Source: Novakomyces olei
Taxonomy: Eukaryota
Direction of reading: 5' to 3'
Length of the DNA: 64,000 nt
Assembly (NCBI GenBank): GCA_016906335.1
Contig: JADEYG010000015.1
Location: 372,001 to 436,000 of the forward strand
How positions within the stretch are numbered: position 1 is the first letter of the stretch; each line of letters starts with the position of its first letter. The notes under the pieces were generated by a model. That model saw nothing but the letters and a program-made list of their open reading frames with translations. It ran no database searches and was not told the origin of the DNA. This document shows positions 1 to 11,293 of this stretch, in pieces. The translations under genes and the position numbers were made by a program.

Positions 1-2895
1 ATTGATCACATAAATTAGGCCCTTGGAGGCATCGTGCGATGCTTTTAAATTGTTTAACACTTCAGGACTCACGGGATTTTCCATTGCCAGTTCCAGGTAA
101 TTGACTATTGCGTTTAGCGGCGTTCGAATCTCGTGACTGGCATTGCTTAGGAGCAGATTGGCCAGTTTACTTGATCGTAGAGCCGACTGCTTCTGCCTCC
201 AAATATCGATGAATCTGCTATACAGGATACTGAGGAAGGCAGCAGCATCAAAGTCCTCCTGTGACCATTCTCGGCACTTTGTAATGACCTTCTCTGTCCA
301 CACACGGAACGAGTTTCGTGGTTGCAGTGGGTTGGAGGCATTATTGCCTGAAGCGATTACCTTCTCGTACGGATTTCCCGCCCAATTCACCTCTTTTACC
401 TGGCATTTTCGGAGGAAAGCCATAAAATCGTTGTGGCTGTTTGACAGAGGGACGTACAGGAAGCCAGCGATATGCGAAAGGGGCGTCAACAGTCCGAAAT
501 CAGGGTATTCTCCACATATATCTTGAGACGCGATAATGCTGTTGAACCGCTTGTCACGCAAGAACTCACGCACTGCCGTCACTTCGTTCAGGAAATCGTC
601 TGTTTTCCCCATAATTTTGGCCTCTGCTCCGATATTCAAAATGGCGATATCAGAATCAAACAGTTTCAAGAAATCTTCTGCCTTGTTTACTATATAATTC
701 GCTGTCGTCCTGTCCTTGGACATTGTATTGATGAGTTTGCGCCCGCGCAACCGCTCAGCATACGACAGCCTTTCGATATTATGGGAAACTGTCCCCGAAA
801 TTAAGCGGCACAGTTTACGCACAATGAAATTTGGCCTCATTGGATGATTACCATAAAGATGACAGGAAATAAGGCCCCACAGCTGTCCAAAGGCACATAT
901 TGATATCGATAGGGAGCTGCGGACCCTCATATTCTCCAGATACTTGATATGAATAGGCGACATGGCCCGGAGGAAACTAAACGTCATATCCAGCGGCTTT
1001 TCCAGCTCTTCATGGGACCGGCAAACCATCCTTGCCGTTGGCTGAGACCTGTCATAGAGCAATCTGACCCTGTTCTTCTTGTACAGCTCTCTCGCCTGCT
1101 GAGGTATATCCGTCATAGGGAAATGCAGCCCGTAAAACAAGTCCTTTGTCGCCCTCCAATCAACCAGCTCTGCTACCACCTGGCCATTATAATCCTCATC
1201 AAACTGATAAATCATGGCCCTATGGTACCCAATTATCTCTTTGATTATGCCCACCAGCACCTTGAGCAGTGTTGCCAAATCTCCAGCATCAGCCATCTGC
1301 TGGTTTACCTGCTCTAGTATTGTGAAAATTTCCATCCCGTCGTGGCGCTTAGTGCGCCTTCGTAAGCGCCTCAACGGTTTGGACACGGAAGTTGTCGACC
1401 GGTTAATAATATCCTGAGAAAGCGTACTGTCCTTGCTGTTACTGTTGCTATTGTCAAAGGGAAAGGAAGATATTTCGTCTGTGTCTGGCAGCCCACTGTC
1501 GGCATAAGTTGTAGGGTTCTGCTTGTCGTCTTCCAGCTCAAACTCTATAATAATCGGACCCGACTTGTCACGGGAAGCACGGCTGATGGCCGCCCAGCAT
1601 GCCCAGCGTTGCGTCCGCTTTTGGTTATAGCCTCGCAAGAAGAATACTTCAGAATGGCCCAAATCCGTGCCCTCGTTGTCTGCCCCGCCCGAGCTTTCGG
1701 AACCCGCATCCGACGATGCTCCATCCTCGGGTCGGGAGCGGCCGGAATCCATCTCTTCTTCCTCGTCCAACAGGGCCAACTGATCTTGCAAAATCTCCTT
1801 ATCTGCTGCCGGCAGAACATCGTAAAACGACTTCAAGGAAAACAAGAACTTTGGAGACAGTCCCAGTATGTCGCCACAGTTCTCCGAACATTGGGCCACC
1901 GTCAGCCGTCCATCTAATTCGGTATAGACAGCTATTAAAGCACCGAAACTCTGAATTGCTCCGGGGACATGGATGGGCTCGTCTTCACAGCGAAAGATCT
2001 CGTTTGCCCGGCCAGTAAGAATCATATGCCCAGCGTCTGTTTCAACATGCTGGAACTGAGCGGTCACTGGATACTGAGCAGAATCAGCTGTAAAGACGGA
2101 GGACTGCACCGAGATCAGAGACTTTAAAGACTCGGCAGGTCTCACTGTACGTTGACCACCTTGCGACCAGGAATTTGGGCTATTACCCGCGTCTGCTCCA
2201 ATCCGAGGCGAACCGTATACCTCATCACTCAAAGATTTCGGCGCTCCAGGTTCAATGGGACCTTTATTTACATGAGCATTAGCATTCTCACCATCATTAT
2301 GGTGTATCCTGCCGGACGAGATCGGTGGAGGCGAGCCTAGAGCATCCGATAAAGAGCCTGTTTCTGAGCCGGTAGCTGTGGTCGCGGTATTAGGCGCACC
2401 CGACTCGACTCTTTCACCCACAATAGCAGAAGGCGGAGCCTTGCGCAAAGAGGAGACACGGCCCAGTTTAGCTGATGAGCCAGAGGCAGCAATAGCAGAA
2501 CTCGGCTGATCTCTATCCTGGTGAAAACTGCTTGCTCTCCGACTGCCCTGCCCAACAATTATCGGAGACGTAAACTCCGATCTCGTTCTCGGGGCCGAAG
2601 GTGACTGGTTTACAAAAGTACTGCGAATAGGGAAGACGTACTCTTGCGTATCATTAGCTGCCTCTATCGGAGTCGCTGTAGTCGAGGTTGACGACATGCT
2701 ATTGTGCGTGCTCCTTCGACGGCGAGGAAAAGAGGTATTGCTCTCGGCTTCACTAGCACCTAGCGGGACAGACACGGGGTGGTCTAAAGAAACTGACGCA
2801 CTAGCATAGTTTGCAGCTTTAGTTCTTTCGTCATGAAGAACTGGTTCATTTGGACCTTCTTCAGGCTGAGAAGATGCGTCGTCAGATCTGTCCAT
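1..2895 (-). CDS. fphA: Fungal phytochrome (NTE-PAS-GAF-PHY-histidine kinase), 3' end beyond window edge
   Basis: Manual translation of the minus strand is open from ATG 2895 to base 1; the ORF track omits it because there is no stop in the window. Motifs: VFPIRS, RCEDEPIHVPGAIQSFG (bilin Cys at 1987-1989), YHRAMIYQFDEDYNGQVVAE, HFPMTDIPQQARELY, RAMSPIHIKYLENM, WAGNP, PRNSF, H-box SHEIRTPLNAI. Confidence 0.96.
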   Translation of the reverse strand, partial: MDRSDDASSQPEEGPNEPVLHDERTKAANYASASVSLDHPVSVPLGASEAESNTSFPRRRRSTHNSMSSTSTTATPIEAANDTQEYVFPIRSTFVNQSPSAPRTRSEFTSPIIVGQGSRRASSFHQDRDQPSSAIAASGSSAKLGRVSSLRKAPPSAIVGERVESGAPNTATTATGSETGSLSDALGSPPPISSGRIHHNDGENANAHVNKGPIEPGAPKSLSDEVYGSPRIGADAGNSPNSWSQGGQRTVRPAESLKSLISVQSSVFTADSAQYPVTAQFQHVETDAGHMILTGRANEIFRCEDEPIHVPGAIQSFGALIAVYTELDGRLTVAQCSENCGDILGLSPKFLFSLKSFYDVLPAADKEILQDQLALLDEEEEMDSGRSRPEDGASSDAGSESSGGADNEGTDLGHSEVFFLRGYNQKRTQRWACWAAISRASRDKSGPIIIEFELEDDKQNPTTYADSGLPDTDEISSFPFDNSNSNSKDSTLSQDIINRSTTSVSKPLRRLRRRTKRHDGMEIFTILEQVNQQMADAGDLATLLKVLVGIIKEIIGYHRAMIYQFDEDYNGQVVAELVDWRATKDLFYGLHFPMTDIPQQARELYKKNRVRLLYDRSQPTARMVCRSHEELEKPLDMTFSFLRAMSPIHIKYLENMRVRSSLSISICAFGQLWGLISCHLYGNHPMRPNFIVRKLCRLISGTVSHNIERLSYAERLRGRKLINTMSKDRTTANYIVNKAEDFLKLFDSDIAILNIGAEAKIMGKTDDFLNEVTAVREFLRDKRFNSIIASQDICGEYPDFGLLTPLSHIAGFLYVPLSNSHNDFMAFLRKCQVKEVNWAGNPYEKVIASGNNASNPLQPRNSFRVWTEKVITKCREWSQEDFDAAAFLSILYSRFIDIWRQKQSALRSSKLANLLLSNASHEIRTPLNAIVNYLELAMENPVSPEVLNNLKASHDASKGLIYVIN

Positions 2896-4251
2896 TTGCA
2901 ATGCCGGTCAAATGGCTGAATGACAGGAAGGAGAAAGGACAAGGTATAGTAATAATTAGAGAACTTGAGTGGTTCGCATAACAATTACTGTCTCCGCTTC
3001 AAACACTCGATAGACAGTTCTTCTTTATTTATTTCGTTAAATTTGCCCTGAGATCGAAGAGCCCTGTTGTTTTTATTTGCCAATAGTCGCTCTTCTTCTA
3101 AAGCCTTGTATAGTTTTAGAGCAGCAGTATTTGAGCAGCAGTGCTCGCTTGAATTTGAATTGTTTGTATCTGCTTTCCTGTCCACTCTGCTCAAACGATC
3201 ATAAAATCCTTGCGTGACCTTTCGAAACTCGACTCCCTATTTAACAGTAATTACCTGCCCTGCTCTATCGTCTATCCCTGATCTGTTAACAACCTCCTAA
3301 TCAGGCGCGAGTACAGTCACAGATCATCCACGAAGAAACAAGAAGGAACAAGCTGCCGAATATTCCTCGCAATTCTCAAGACCGCAATTTACGTGAATAA
3401 CGAAAAAGAAGTCTACAGTCTAAATTCTGACGCGCGGCCACAAATATCAAGGATTAAGCAGCTGATTGATACTTCTTACAGCTTCATCTTGGGTTCCCGA
3501 TTCGGCGGACACTGCAAAGTTTAGCCGATGTATAGTCTTGCCTGAACCATCGTTGGGTTACGTCCGTGACATGAGATAAACTGGTTTAAAATTTAGATTC
3601 GATTTGGGTTACCGTCAGGTGGCACACAACGTAATAGTTTCACAACGACAGTAGCTGAAGGTACATGCCATTACTTGTGTGGCCGTGGGAAAAGAAAATT
3701 ACAGGAGAAACAGGACTGGGCTGTGCTCATACATTAAACTGCGTTTCGCCCTAAAATCAATCGTCTTTTGCCAAGATACAGTATAGCTTGATATTCATAA
3801 GTGGACATGTAAGTGTTTTTGCGTGTGCGATAGGACCGTTTGTGCTCTCGTTCCACATGTTTCTCATTTATTTGATAAAAATAAATGATTTCAAACAGCT
3901 CGCTAATGCTTTATCTTTATTTTGAACGCTTTAATTTTTAGCAATTTCACGATAGTCAAGACTAGCATTTTCTTGGAAGACGAGGCTACCGATAAGCACT
4001 AAGCGATGTCATTTAATGCATGATTTTCGCCCTTATCCCATTCCTTATTTACCATTGGTCGGCAATATTCTCCGGCGATAACGAGTATCGAGATTTGTGG
4101 TGTCAGTTTAAGTATGCACACTTAAATTAACGTTTAATTTCCCTACTCTGAGCAGACGCGAGCGATACCCTATGCGTATATAATGATCGTTGCAATAATT
4201 GTATCAATTAAAAACGAGAGAGAATAAATTAGTAAAATAAATAATATGAAG

Positions 4252-4375
4252 AATATGAAGAATATGAATAAATATGAATAAATATGAATAAATATGAATA
4301 AATATGAATAAATATGAATAAATATGAATAAATATGAATAAATATGAATAAATATGAATAAATATGAATAAATAT
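4252..4375. repeat. 10-bp tandem repeat (AATATGAATA), 11 perfect copies plus degenerate flanks
   Basis: Perfect copies visible at 4261-4370. Confidence 0.97.
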
Positions 4376-4446
4376 ATAGATAACCATCACAGGTTCAAAT
4401 GATAGCCGGAGGCATGTAACAGCAGTTCCTACTGCTTGCAAAAACA

Positions 4447-5105
4447 ATGTCCGCGTCTTCAACTACTCCTTCTCGCGGCTGGCAGTCGCTGCGGGGCGTA
4501 GACTGGCGAGAAACAAAAGGCTCAGACCATGTTGTACATAAAAGTTAGTGCTCTCCCGTCCGACAATGTATCTAACAATGACAGACGCAACCGCTGGCAA
4601 CGAGTCTAATGGCTCACGAATGTGGGGACGGCTGTTGAACGCTACCGGATCAATTCAAAGGATTACTGAAAAAATGCGAGATGCTGACGAGGATCGGTCG
4701 GAGGACGATACTCACGTTGTCCGAGTCCTACGGAAATATTACTTGGAAAAGTACGACGGGCTTCCAGCGTGGCTCGCTCCCCCGGGCGAGCCTCCAGCTG
4801 CCGCTAGCAAAGACAAGAGTGGCAAGAAAAATCCACGTGATTACGGGACAGTAGATCCACGGGGTCAAAGAGCTGCAGCGACTGGCAATTACTACTCTCG
4901 AGCTTCTGTAGCTAACCGTCCTTCAACCCTGACTGAAACAAACTCGGCACCTGCTGCGCCTACAGTGCAAAAGAAAGCTGCTGTCTCGCTGTCTGATTTG
5001 TACTCTTCTTCCTCGTCTACTGCCGGAAGGAATACTGCGGGCTCACCAAACGTAGCAGACAAGCTTATGCGTCAACGTATGCAAAACATGCACCTTGGCC
5101 GGTAG
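4447..5105 (+). CDS. MSO1: Mso1-like Sec1-binding exocytosis protein (2 exons)
   Basis: Exon 1 is 4447-4543, followed by a phase-consistent 41-nt intron GTTAGT..CTAAC..CAG (4544-4584). The segment EDDTHVVRVLRKYYLEKYDGLPAWL resembles the Mso1 Sec1-binding motif. Confidence 0.75.
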
Positions 5106-5309
5106 CAGATTGACATTTTTTAAATTAATACTTTAAATTTAGTGGGCATTGATATGAGGGATAATGGGTTTTAATGTAAAACAAGAGTCAACTAATTTTT
5201 TCTTTTCTAATCAATAAGGCTCTTTTATTATTCTGGGCTGCAAAGAGATAAATGATCAGATATTAGCGGAAGCTAAAGGTTAAATATTACAGAGTGTCTA
5301 GGCAAAGGG

Positions 5310-6435
5310 TCATGAAATGTACACACTTATATAATAAGTCAGCACGGCAGGATTGACCTCGTTCGGATCCGTGAGATAGACGTATAGTACTAGAGCGTGA
5401 TTCTCACACCAGCCTGAACGTTAATGATCGTTTGAAAAGAGTGAAAAATCAAATATTAAATAAAAAAAAAGGAAGAGAAATAGAGCGTGATGATTATGGA
5501 GAATTACAAGCGATGATGCGACGTGCTACAGTGTGGACACGCAATAAATTAAGCCATTCTTTGGCGTCAATTCGTAAACCGACAAATTCGTCCTTGGTCC
5601 TCTCGTGTTGCACAGAATTCTGCTGACGATCCTGATTACGATCCGGGTTCAACTCCGGATTTATAAGCCCCGACCACCGTGTCTCTGCACGCACTTCATC
5701 AGCCTCAACGGCAAGTGCAAATTGCCCCGACATATTAGCCAGCACGGTAATTCTATCACTCAGGCCTCGAAACCGTTCCGAAATACTTCGAACATGAAGG
5801 GCAGAAGGCAGTATAATATGCACGTCAGGATCGGGTAAAACCGGCTCGCGCACAGACATCCAAGTGTGCGGGGGAACAACACGGCAGCGTACCATGTGCT
5901 GCACTACATTACTCGAGAGCATAGATCCCGCGTTCGTTATCGTAAGAGAAAGGATAGGATACCCGTCTTTCTTGCTTAGCCGAACGACGAAATCAGTGGA
6001 CTCATAACCTGATCGTAACGCACGAGCAAGGTTTGGCAAAGAAACTTCCAGGGCAATTATATTTTCTGCATTTGATTCGCACACCACCGATTCGAACAGA
6101 GTTTCCTTTGGCTATTAGGCACTCGAACAACACTCTTGCACTTTGAAGACTCTTACATTGCTAAAATGCCTGTAGAATAAGCATCCATAAAAACATTGAT
6201 TGCCCTTACGACCACATATGAACACCCTGACCAGCAGGGATGACGACAAATTTTGTCCACTCGGGCGAAAGCTCAAGCATGCATGTTGCACTCAGTCTTT
6301 CCAGTGCCTGGCACAACTCTTAACATTAGTATGCGCATAAAAGACAAAATAAAAAGACAATTGAATAGAGAATCAATCATGGATAAAAATACTCGCAAAT
6401 AGTTGAATGTCCGCTACGACGGCCTTGAACTTCAT
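5310..6435 (-). CDS. hus1: 9-1-1 checkpoint clamp subunit Hus1 (5 exons, including a 13-nt microexon)
   Basis: Spliced translation reads MKFKAVVADIQLFAKLCQALERL..., VRLSKKDGYPILSL, REPVLPDPDVHIILP, ANMSGQF, HALVLYVYL...LTYYIS. Confidence 0.88.
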
Positions 6436-6736
6436 CGCATTGGCTCATAAGCAACGTGTGGCCTATAATTGTCGCATTGTTTCCATAAATCTTAGAATGC
6501 CGAACGAATTTAATATGATTATTTACGCGTCTGTGCGTTTAATGCTCAAGTGTATATTAAGCGATAAATGCAATATGATGTTATTTAATTATCAGAACCT
6601 GCACTATAATGCTCTTTTTAATATTAAAAAATATTTAATAATAGACGAATTAATAAGGTGGAATAACAATCCTATGTAAATGCAGGGTTTTCCTACATAA
6701 TTATATACAGAAAACTGCAGTCGCACATTTTCATTA

Positions 6737-6977
6737 CTCTCTTTTGCTCAGTCGGCAACGATTCGACTGAAACTAGCAGCTTCGGAACGTCGCGTGAACG
6801 CGTACCAACGTGTCACGTGCATTGTTACTGTGCGGCTCCGGTACAAGTTCAAAAGAGGGAGATTAACAGAAGCGTAGACTCATTGGTCGCGCTTGGTGTC
6901 TATTAAGCCGGGACGTTTGCCAAGGCGCGGAAACGTGCTGCGTGGCCCACGTCTGACTAAGATCACCGTACACACGT
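6737..6977 (+). ncRNA. Candidate structured ncRNA (possible H/ACA snoRNA)
   Basis: GC-rich island in the hus1/MTQ1 spacer. Stem CTCTCTTTTG/CAAAAGAGGG is followed directly by the H-box-like AGATTA (6860). There is an internal hairpin TCAGTCG/CGACTGA and an ACA near 6970-6974. Confidence 0.3.
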
Positions 6978-7443
6978 ATTAAAAAATTTGGGTTAAATCG
7001 TTAAACTATTTGTGAGATTGCAATCGACAAAGGAAAAAACGAGAAATAGGAAACAAGAAAAAAGTCGCAAGAAAAAGAATAATAAGAATTTTAAGGAAAC
7101 AAGAGAGAAATATAGAGGAAATAGGATTAAGACGAGGCCGACGTATACAAAATTGCAAAGCAGAAATGTGGTATCTTAAATTCACGAAATACTGAGATTC
7201 TCGGATTATTGCATATTAATTTACTGCGGATTGTATATAACACTTTACATACTCTTAATCACAAACCCAGTTTGTTCCTTGCGCATTCTATTAGTGTTTT
7301 TACGATTCGAAGAATACGAATATTTCAGTCTTTAAAAACATTTAAATACATAAAGAATTGATTTGTCGCATTTTTTCCAGACATTCGTCTTTTAGCGTGC
7401 GCGTCTGATGTGCGGCAATATTGATTAAAGTCCTTTAACGCGA

Positions 7444-8436
7444 ATGCCGCGTATTAACCCCTGGATGATACACGGTATTGCCCATCGATCAGCACGACTA
7501 GCACGAGTATGTATGGGCACACGTGGCGACGTGCCACAGGCTCAGAGAGAATTACGTTGGATCATTCGTGAATCACGCGACTCAGTTCGCCAGCGAAAAA
7601 GCGTAAAACACCAAAATTTGACAAAAAGCCAGACTCTTACGCGGCTGATTAACCAAAGATGTCGCCAAAGATCACGTGGCACGCCTCTGCAGTACGTTCT
7701 TGGCAATGTTCCCTTTGGTGACGTCTTAATCCGCACTATGCCAGGTGTGCTGATACCGCGATGGGAAACGGAAGAGTGGACCCTTCACTTAGCCAACGGC
7801 TTGAAGAGCAACTTTAGGCCTGGCGCCAATTTGGCGATCGCCGATTTGTGTTGTGGCTCTGGCTGCATTGGCCTCGGCCTTGCTCATGCAATCTCACCGA
7901 TGCTTCGAGTAAGCAAATTGACCTTTGCAGACAAAAGCCTCGAGGCAGTCAGCCTGTGTAAACGCAACACTAAATTAATCACAAAACTCGGAATCCCGAC
8001 AAGTACACGGATCTGCGACTTGCAACAGCCGCTTGCTGGCAGCATTGCTGACCTGCTTTGTGAAGCAGACCTCATTGTATCTAATCCGCCTTATATTCCG
8101 CCTCTGCAGATGAGTACGACTGCACCACAAGTGCAGTACTATGAGCCTCATCTGGCCCTTGTCGGCCTTGGTCAAGACGGTGCAGGACTGCATCGATGTA
8201 TCCTGCAACAATTGGTCCAATTGCACTCTCGAGCGAAAGCAATTGTCTTTGAAATTAATGACGAACAGCAGGCAGTTGAGGTAGCGGATGATATGCGACA
8301 CGCAGAGTTTGGCAGCTGGCAGTTCACAGCCGTTTGGCGCGATACAGCTGGAGAGTCTCGGTGCGTAGTCGCCTGGCGTGATTCCGACTGGCATTGGCTA
8401 AAGCAAGGACCGTCCGTAGATGGTGTATTTCAATAA
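7444..8436 (+). CDS. MTQ1: Mitochondrial release-factor N5-glutamine methyltransferase (HemK/PrmC family)
   Basis: Motifs PLQYVLG, VLIPRWETEE, DLCCGSGCIG, SNPPYI and EPHLAL. Confidence 0.92.
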   Translation: MPRINPWMIHGIAHRSARLARVCMGTRGDVPQAQRELRWIIRESRDSVRQRKSVKHQNLTKSQTLTRLINQRCRQRSRGTPLQYVLGNVPFGDVLIRTMPGVLIPRWETEEWTLHLANGLKSNFRPGANLAIADLCCGSGCIGLGLAHAISPMLRVSKLTFADKSLEAVSLCKRNTKLITKLGIPTSTRICDLQQPLAGSIADLLCEADLIVSNPPYIPPLQMSTTAPQVQYYEPHLALVGLGQDGAGLHRCILQQLVQLHSRAKAIVFEINDEQQAVEVADDMRHAEFGSWQFTAVWRDTAGESRCVVAWRDSDWHWLKQGPSVDGVFQ

Positions 8437-8613
8437 TGATTGTAAACTACAATTGTAATCAACGATTGAAAATGTCCAATGCTAATAAAACAATTGTGTA
8501 TACAGTTGTAACAAATCCAGTATCCATCTCAAGAGTAAGCTTCCTGCATGCGAACTGATATTCCCGCCAGAAAATAGTAAACTAAAGTAACAACAACAGT
8601 AAAATGAACAGAT

Positions 8614-9777
8614 TCAGCCGGCAAGTTTAGTGTAGATGCTTGTGTACGGCTGAGGTAATTGTACGCCCGTCAGTTCCAGTACTTCGTACCATCGTGCGAC
8701 GTCGATCCAAATGGGCGAATTTTTCAAGTTGTGTACGATAATTGTGTCTGGAGACAGAGGCAAGAATTTTCCTCCCGAGGCGGGTTTAGTGTACACGTAA
8801 TACGGATCATAATTGAATATTCTGTCCCTGCGCAAATGGAAATTGGTCGTTTGATTCCCCGTGAGAAGCCAGTGGCCGATAACAGCATCCTCCCACGGCC
8901 GACTAGGGTCGTTATCCAACTCAGGGACACCTGATTCGCCGACCCATTCAACTAGATCCCAGGACATGCCATACCCTAACCCACAAGCATACTGCCATGA
9001 TCTTACGAATGTAGGCAGCTCAATGGAAGAGCAGTCACGCCCCCAATAGACGGCGCGCTGGCCCTTGAGCTGACGTAGCTCGTCGTACAAATTGCCAAAG
9101 TGGATGAAGGAGTCATCGTCGGCCTTTAGCACAAAATCAAACCATTTATCCACTTCACCATCACAGGGCTCGAGGGGACGCGTAAACAGGCTCAGGACGC
9201 GATCGCGACGCGTCTCGTCCTGCGCGTTATCGTAATCGACCATGCTAATAAAGGGAAAATTGATTACTCGCTTGCCAATATGTTGAAAGTACTCTAGTGT
9301 CTTGCCTCCATCAATGTTCTCGCTCGCGTCCAGCATGATAAGATCACCATACTGCTCCATTTCCCATGACAGTAGAACTTGCTCTACCACCGTAGTAGGC
9401 CGGCCCACGACGAATCTGATGTCTACTAAATCCTGTGGGTGTAGCAGCTGAGCACGAAACTTTTTCAAGAACCGCTTGTATCCCATACGCACTACTTGCC
9501 GCCTTTCCAAACTGCCAATCGTGGAAAAGACGCCAATGAGCACGCGCACCGGCTGGTCCACTGCCTCTTGTTCACCCGCATCCTCTTCGTCTAGCGCAGC
9601 AGTTTGATTGGCTGGGACTGATGAGTAGTTTCCAGGCGCGCCTTTCAACAGTGCCGTCCGCAGAGCAGAGAGCGCGTTACTGCTGTTGGCCTCTGTAGCA
9701 TTCGCTGCCAAATGCGCAGAGTAGAGCACAAGACTTACTAGCAGCACGTATACCGCCAACCGCACTGTATTTGCCAT
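8614..9777 (-). CDS. GT31 galactosyltransferase, type II membrane protein (Pvg3-like)
   Basis: N-terminal TM anchor after ATG 9777; motifs RRQVVR, EQYGDL, ENIDGGKT, KADDDSF, CGLGYGMSWDLV, WEDAVIG and HNLK. Confidence 0.85.
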   Translation of the reverse strand: MANTVRLAVYVLLVSLVLYSAHLAANATEANSSNALSALRTALLKGAPGNYSSVPANQTAALDEEDAGEQEAVDQPVRVLIGVFSTIGSLERRQVVRMGYKRFLKKFRAQLLHPQDLVDIRFVVGRPTTVVEQVLLSWEMEQYGDLIMLDASENIDGGKTLEYFQHIGKRVINFPFISMVDYDNAQDETRRDRVLSLFTRPLEPCDGEVDKWFDFVLKADDDSFIHFGNLYDELRQLKGQRAVYWGRDCSSIELPTFVRSWQYACGLGYGMSWDLVEWVGESGVPELDNDPSRPWEDAVIGHWLLTGNQTTNFHLRRDRIFNYDPYYVYTKPASGGKFLPLSPDTIIVHNLKNSPIWIDVARWYEVLELTGVQLPQPYTSIYTKLAG

Positions 9778-10128
9778 GACACTTTGTAATTCGAGATCGA
9801 ACACCAAAAAAGCCAATAACCAAAAAGCCAATAAACTAAAAAAAAACCAAAAAAAAAGCAATAAAAATAGAGAAAAAAGGATAACGAGAGTCTTGATCAA
9901 AATTGATCAATGCGCTTGCGCACAGTCAAAAAAGTTCGGGACGCTGGAGCCTTGACTCGACGCGTGTCTGCACTTATAATTGCATTACAAACGACTTTGG
10001 CCCCTCCTTTTGAGGCTTGCGTGAGTATTCGAATAAACTGCGAAGGTTAAATGTTATATTACATAAGGTAATTAAGGGAATACTCGACGCGTACTATACT
10101 CGTTTGGGAGCGATGCCTGATTATCGGC

Positions 10129-10431
<303 letters not shown>

Positions 10432-10540
10432 TATTATTTTTATTTCAGTATAAACGTTAAAGCTGCACGTTGTAATACTTCTCTTTCCGTACCAATATAC
10501 TGTTTTGTAGGCACAGCGAGCACACTGATTCTCGAAAAAA

Positions 10541-10744
10541 GTATGGTGGACTATACTTTGTTGGCAGTGTTACATCAAAAAGATGGCTCACACAAGGCAC
10601 TGCCGTTCCTTCTACTATTTTAAATCGCCAGAGCGAATCTGCGAGGTGCAGGCTACCTTCATTCTAGAGTACGATAATCTATTCCACGTATAAATAACCG
10701 CAATCCTTGTGCAGATCCCACACTTTTACATTCGGCGCACAAAT
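10541..10744 (+). ncRNA. Candidate H/ACA-type snoRNA
   Basis: Hairpin 1 is ATGGTGGA/TCTACTAT plus GGCAGTGTT/GGCACTGCC, and its G-U pairs favour the + strand. Hairpin 2 is CGCC/GGCG plus ATCTGC/GCAGAT. ACA lies at 10739-10741; the H box is non-canonical. Confidence 0.45.
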
Positions 10745-10822
10745 ATTGTACGCGAATGAAAATTTACGTGTAAAGTAATGCAGACGCGATCAGCGGCGCT
10801 CGTACATGAATAAATCTGAATA

Positions 10823-10942
10823 AGACATGAATAGACATGAATAGACATGAATAGACATGAATAGACATGAATAGACATGAATAGACATGAATAGACATGA
10901 ATAGACATGAATAGACATGAATAGACATGAAGTAGACATGAA
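10823..10942. repeat. 10-bp tandem repeat (ATAGACATGA), 10 perfect copies plus degenerate flanks
   Basis: Perfect copies at 10831-10930. Confidence 0.97.
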
Positions 10943-11293
10943 AAAACACGAATAAATCTGAATTAGACACGATTAGACACGAATTTTTTCAACACGAATT
11001 ACTCAAAAACAAAATTTTTAAACACGACTTGATCCAACATGAATTATACTAGACGCGAGCTAGACTAACGCGACTAACGCGCAAAAAAAAAATAATAAAA
11101 TAAATGTATTGCGATTGTTATAGGAGCCCTGCACGCAGCACTACTTGAGTGTGACTAGAGGTACAAAGGTAAGAAGTAGTGTGACTAGAGAGAGGTACAT
11201 AGAGAGTGGTCGGTTACGTGAATAATATAGGCGCGCGACGCCAAAGGGGCTACCACCAAACTGCCCACGCTGATCGACGACGCTTGTGGAGCA

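Noticed and set aside
143..2558. Many short ORFs in the first 2.6 kb, initially suggestive of a decayed mobile element
   Set aside because: They are all shadow frames of the uninterrupted phytochrome CDS.
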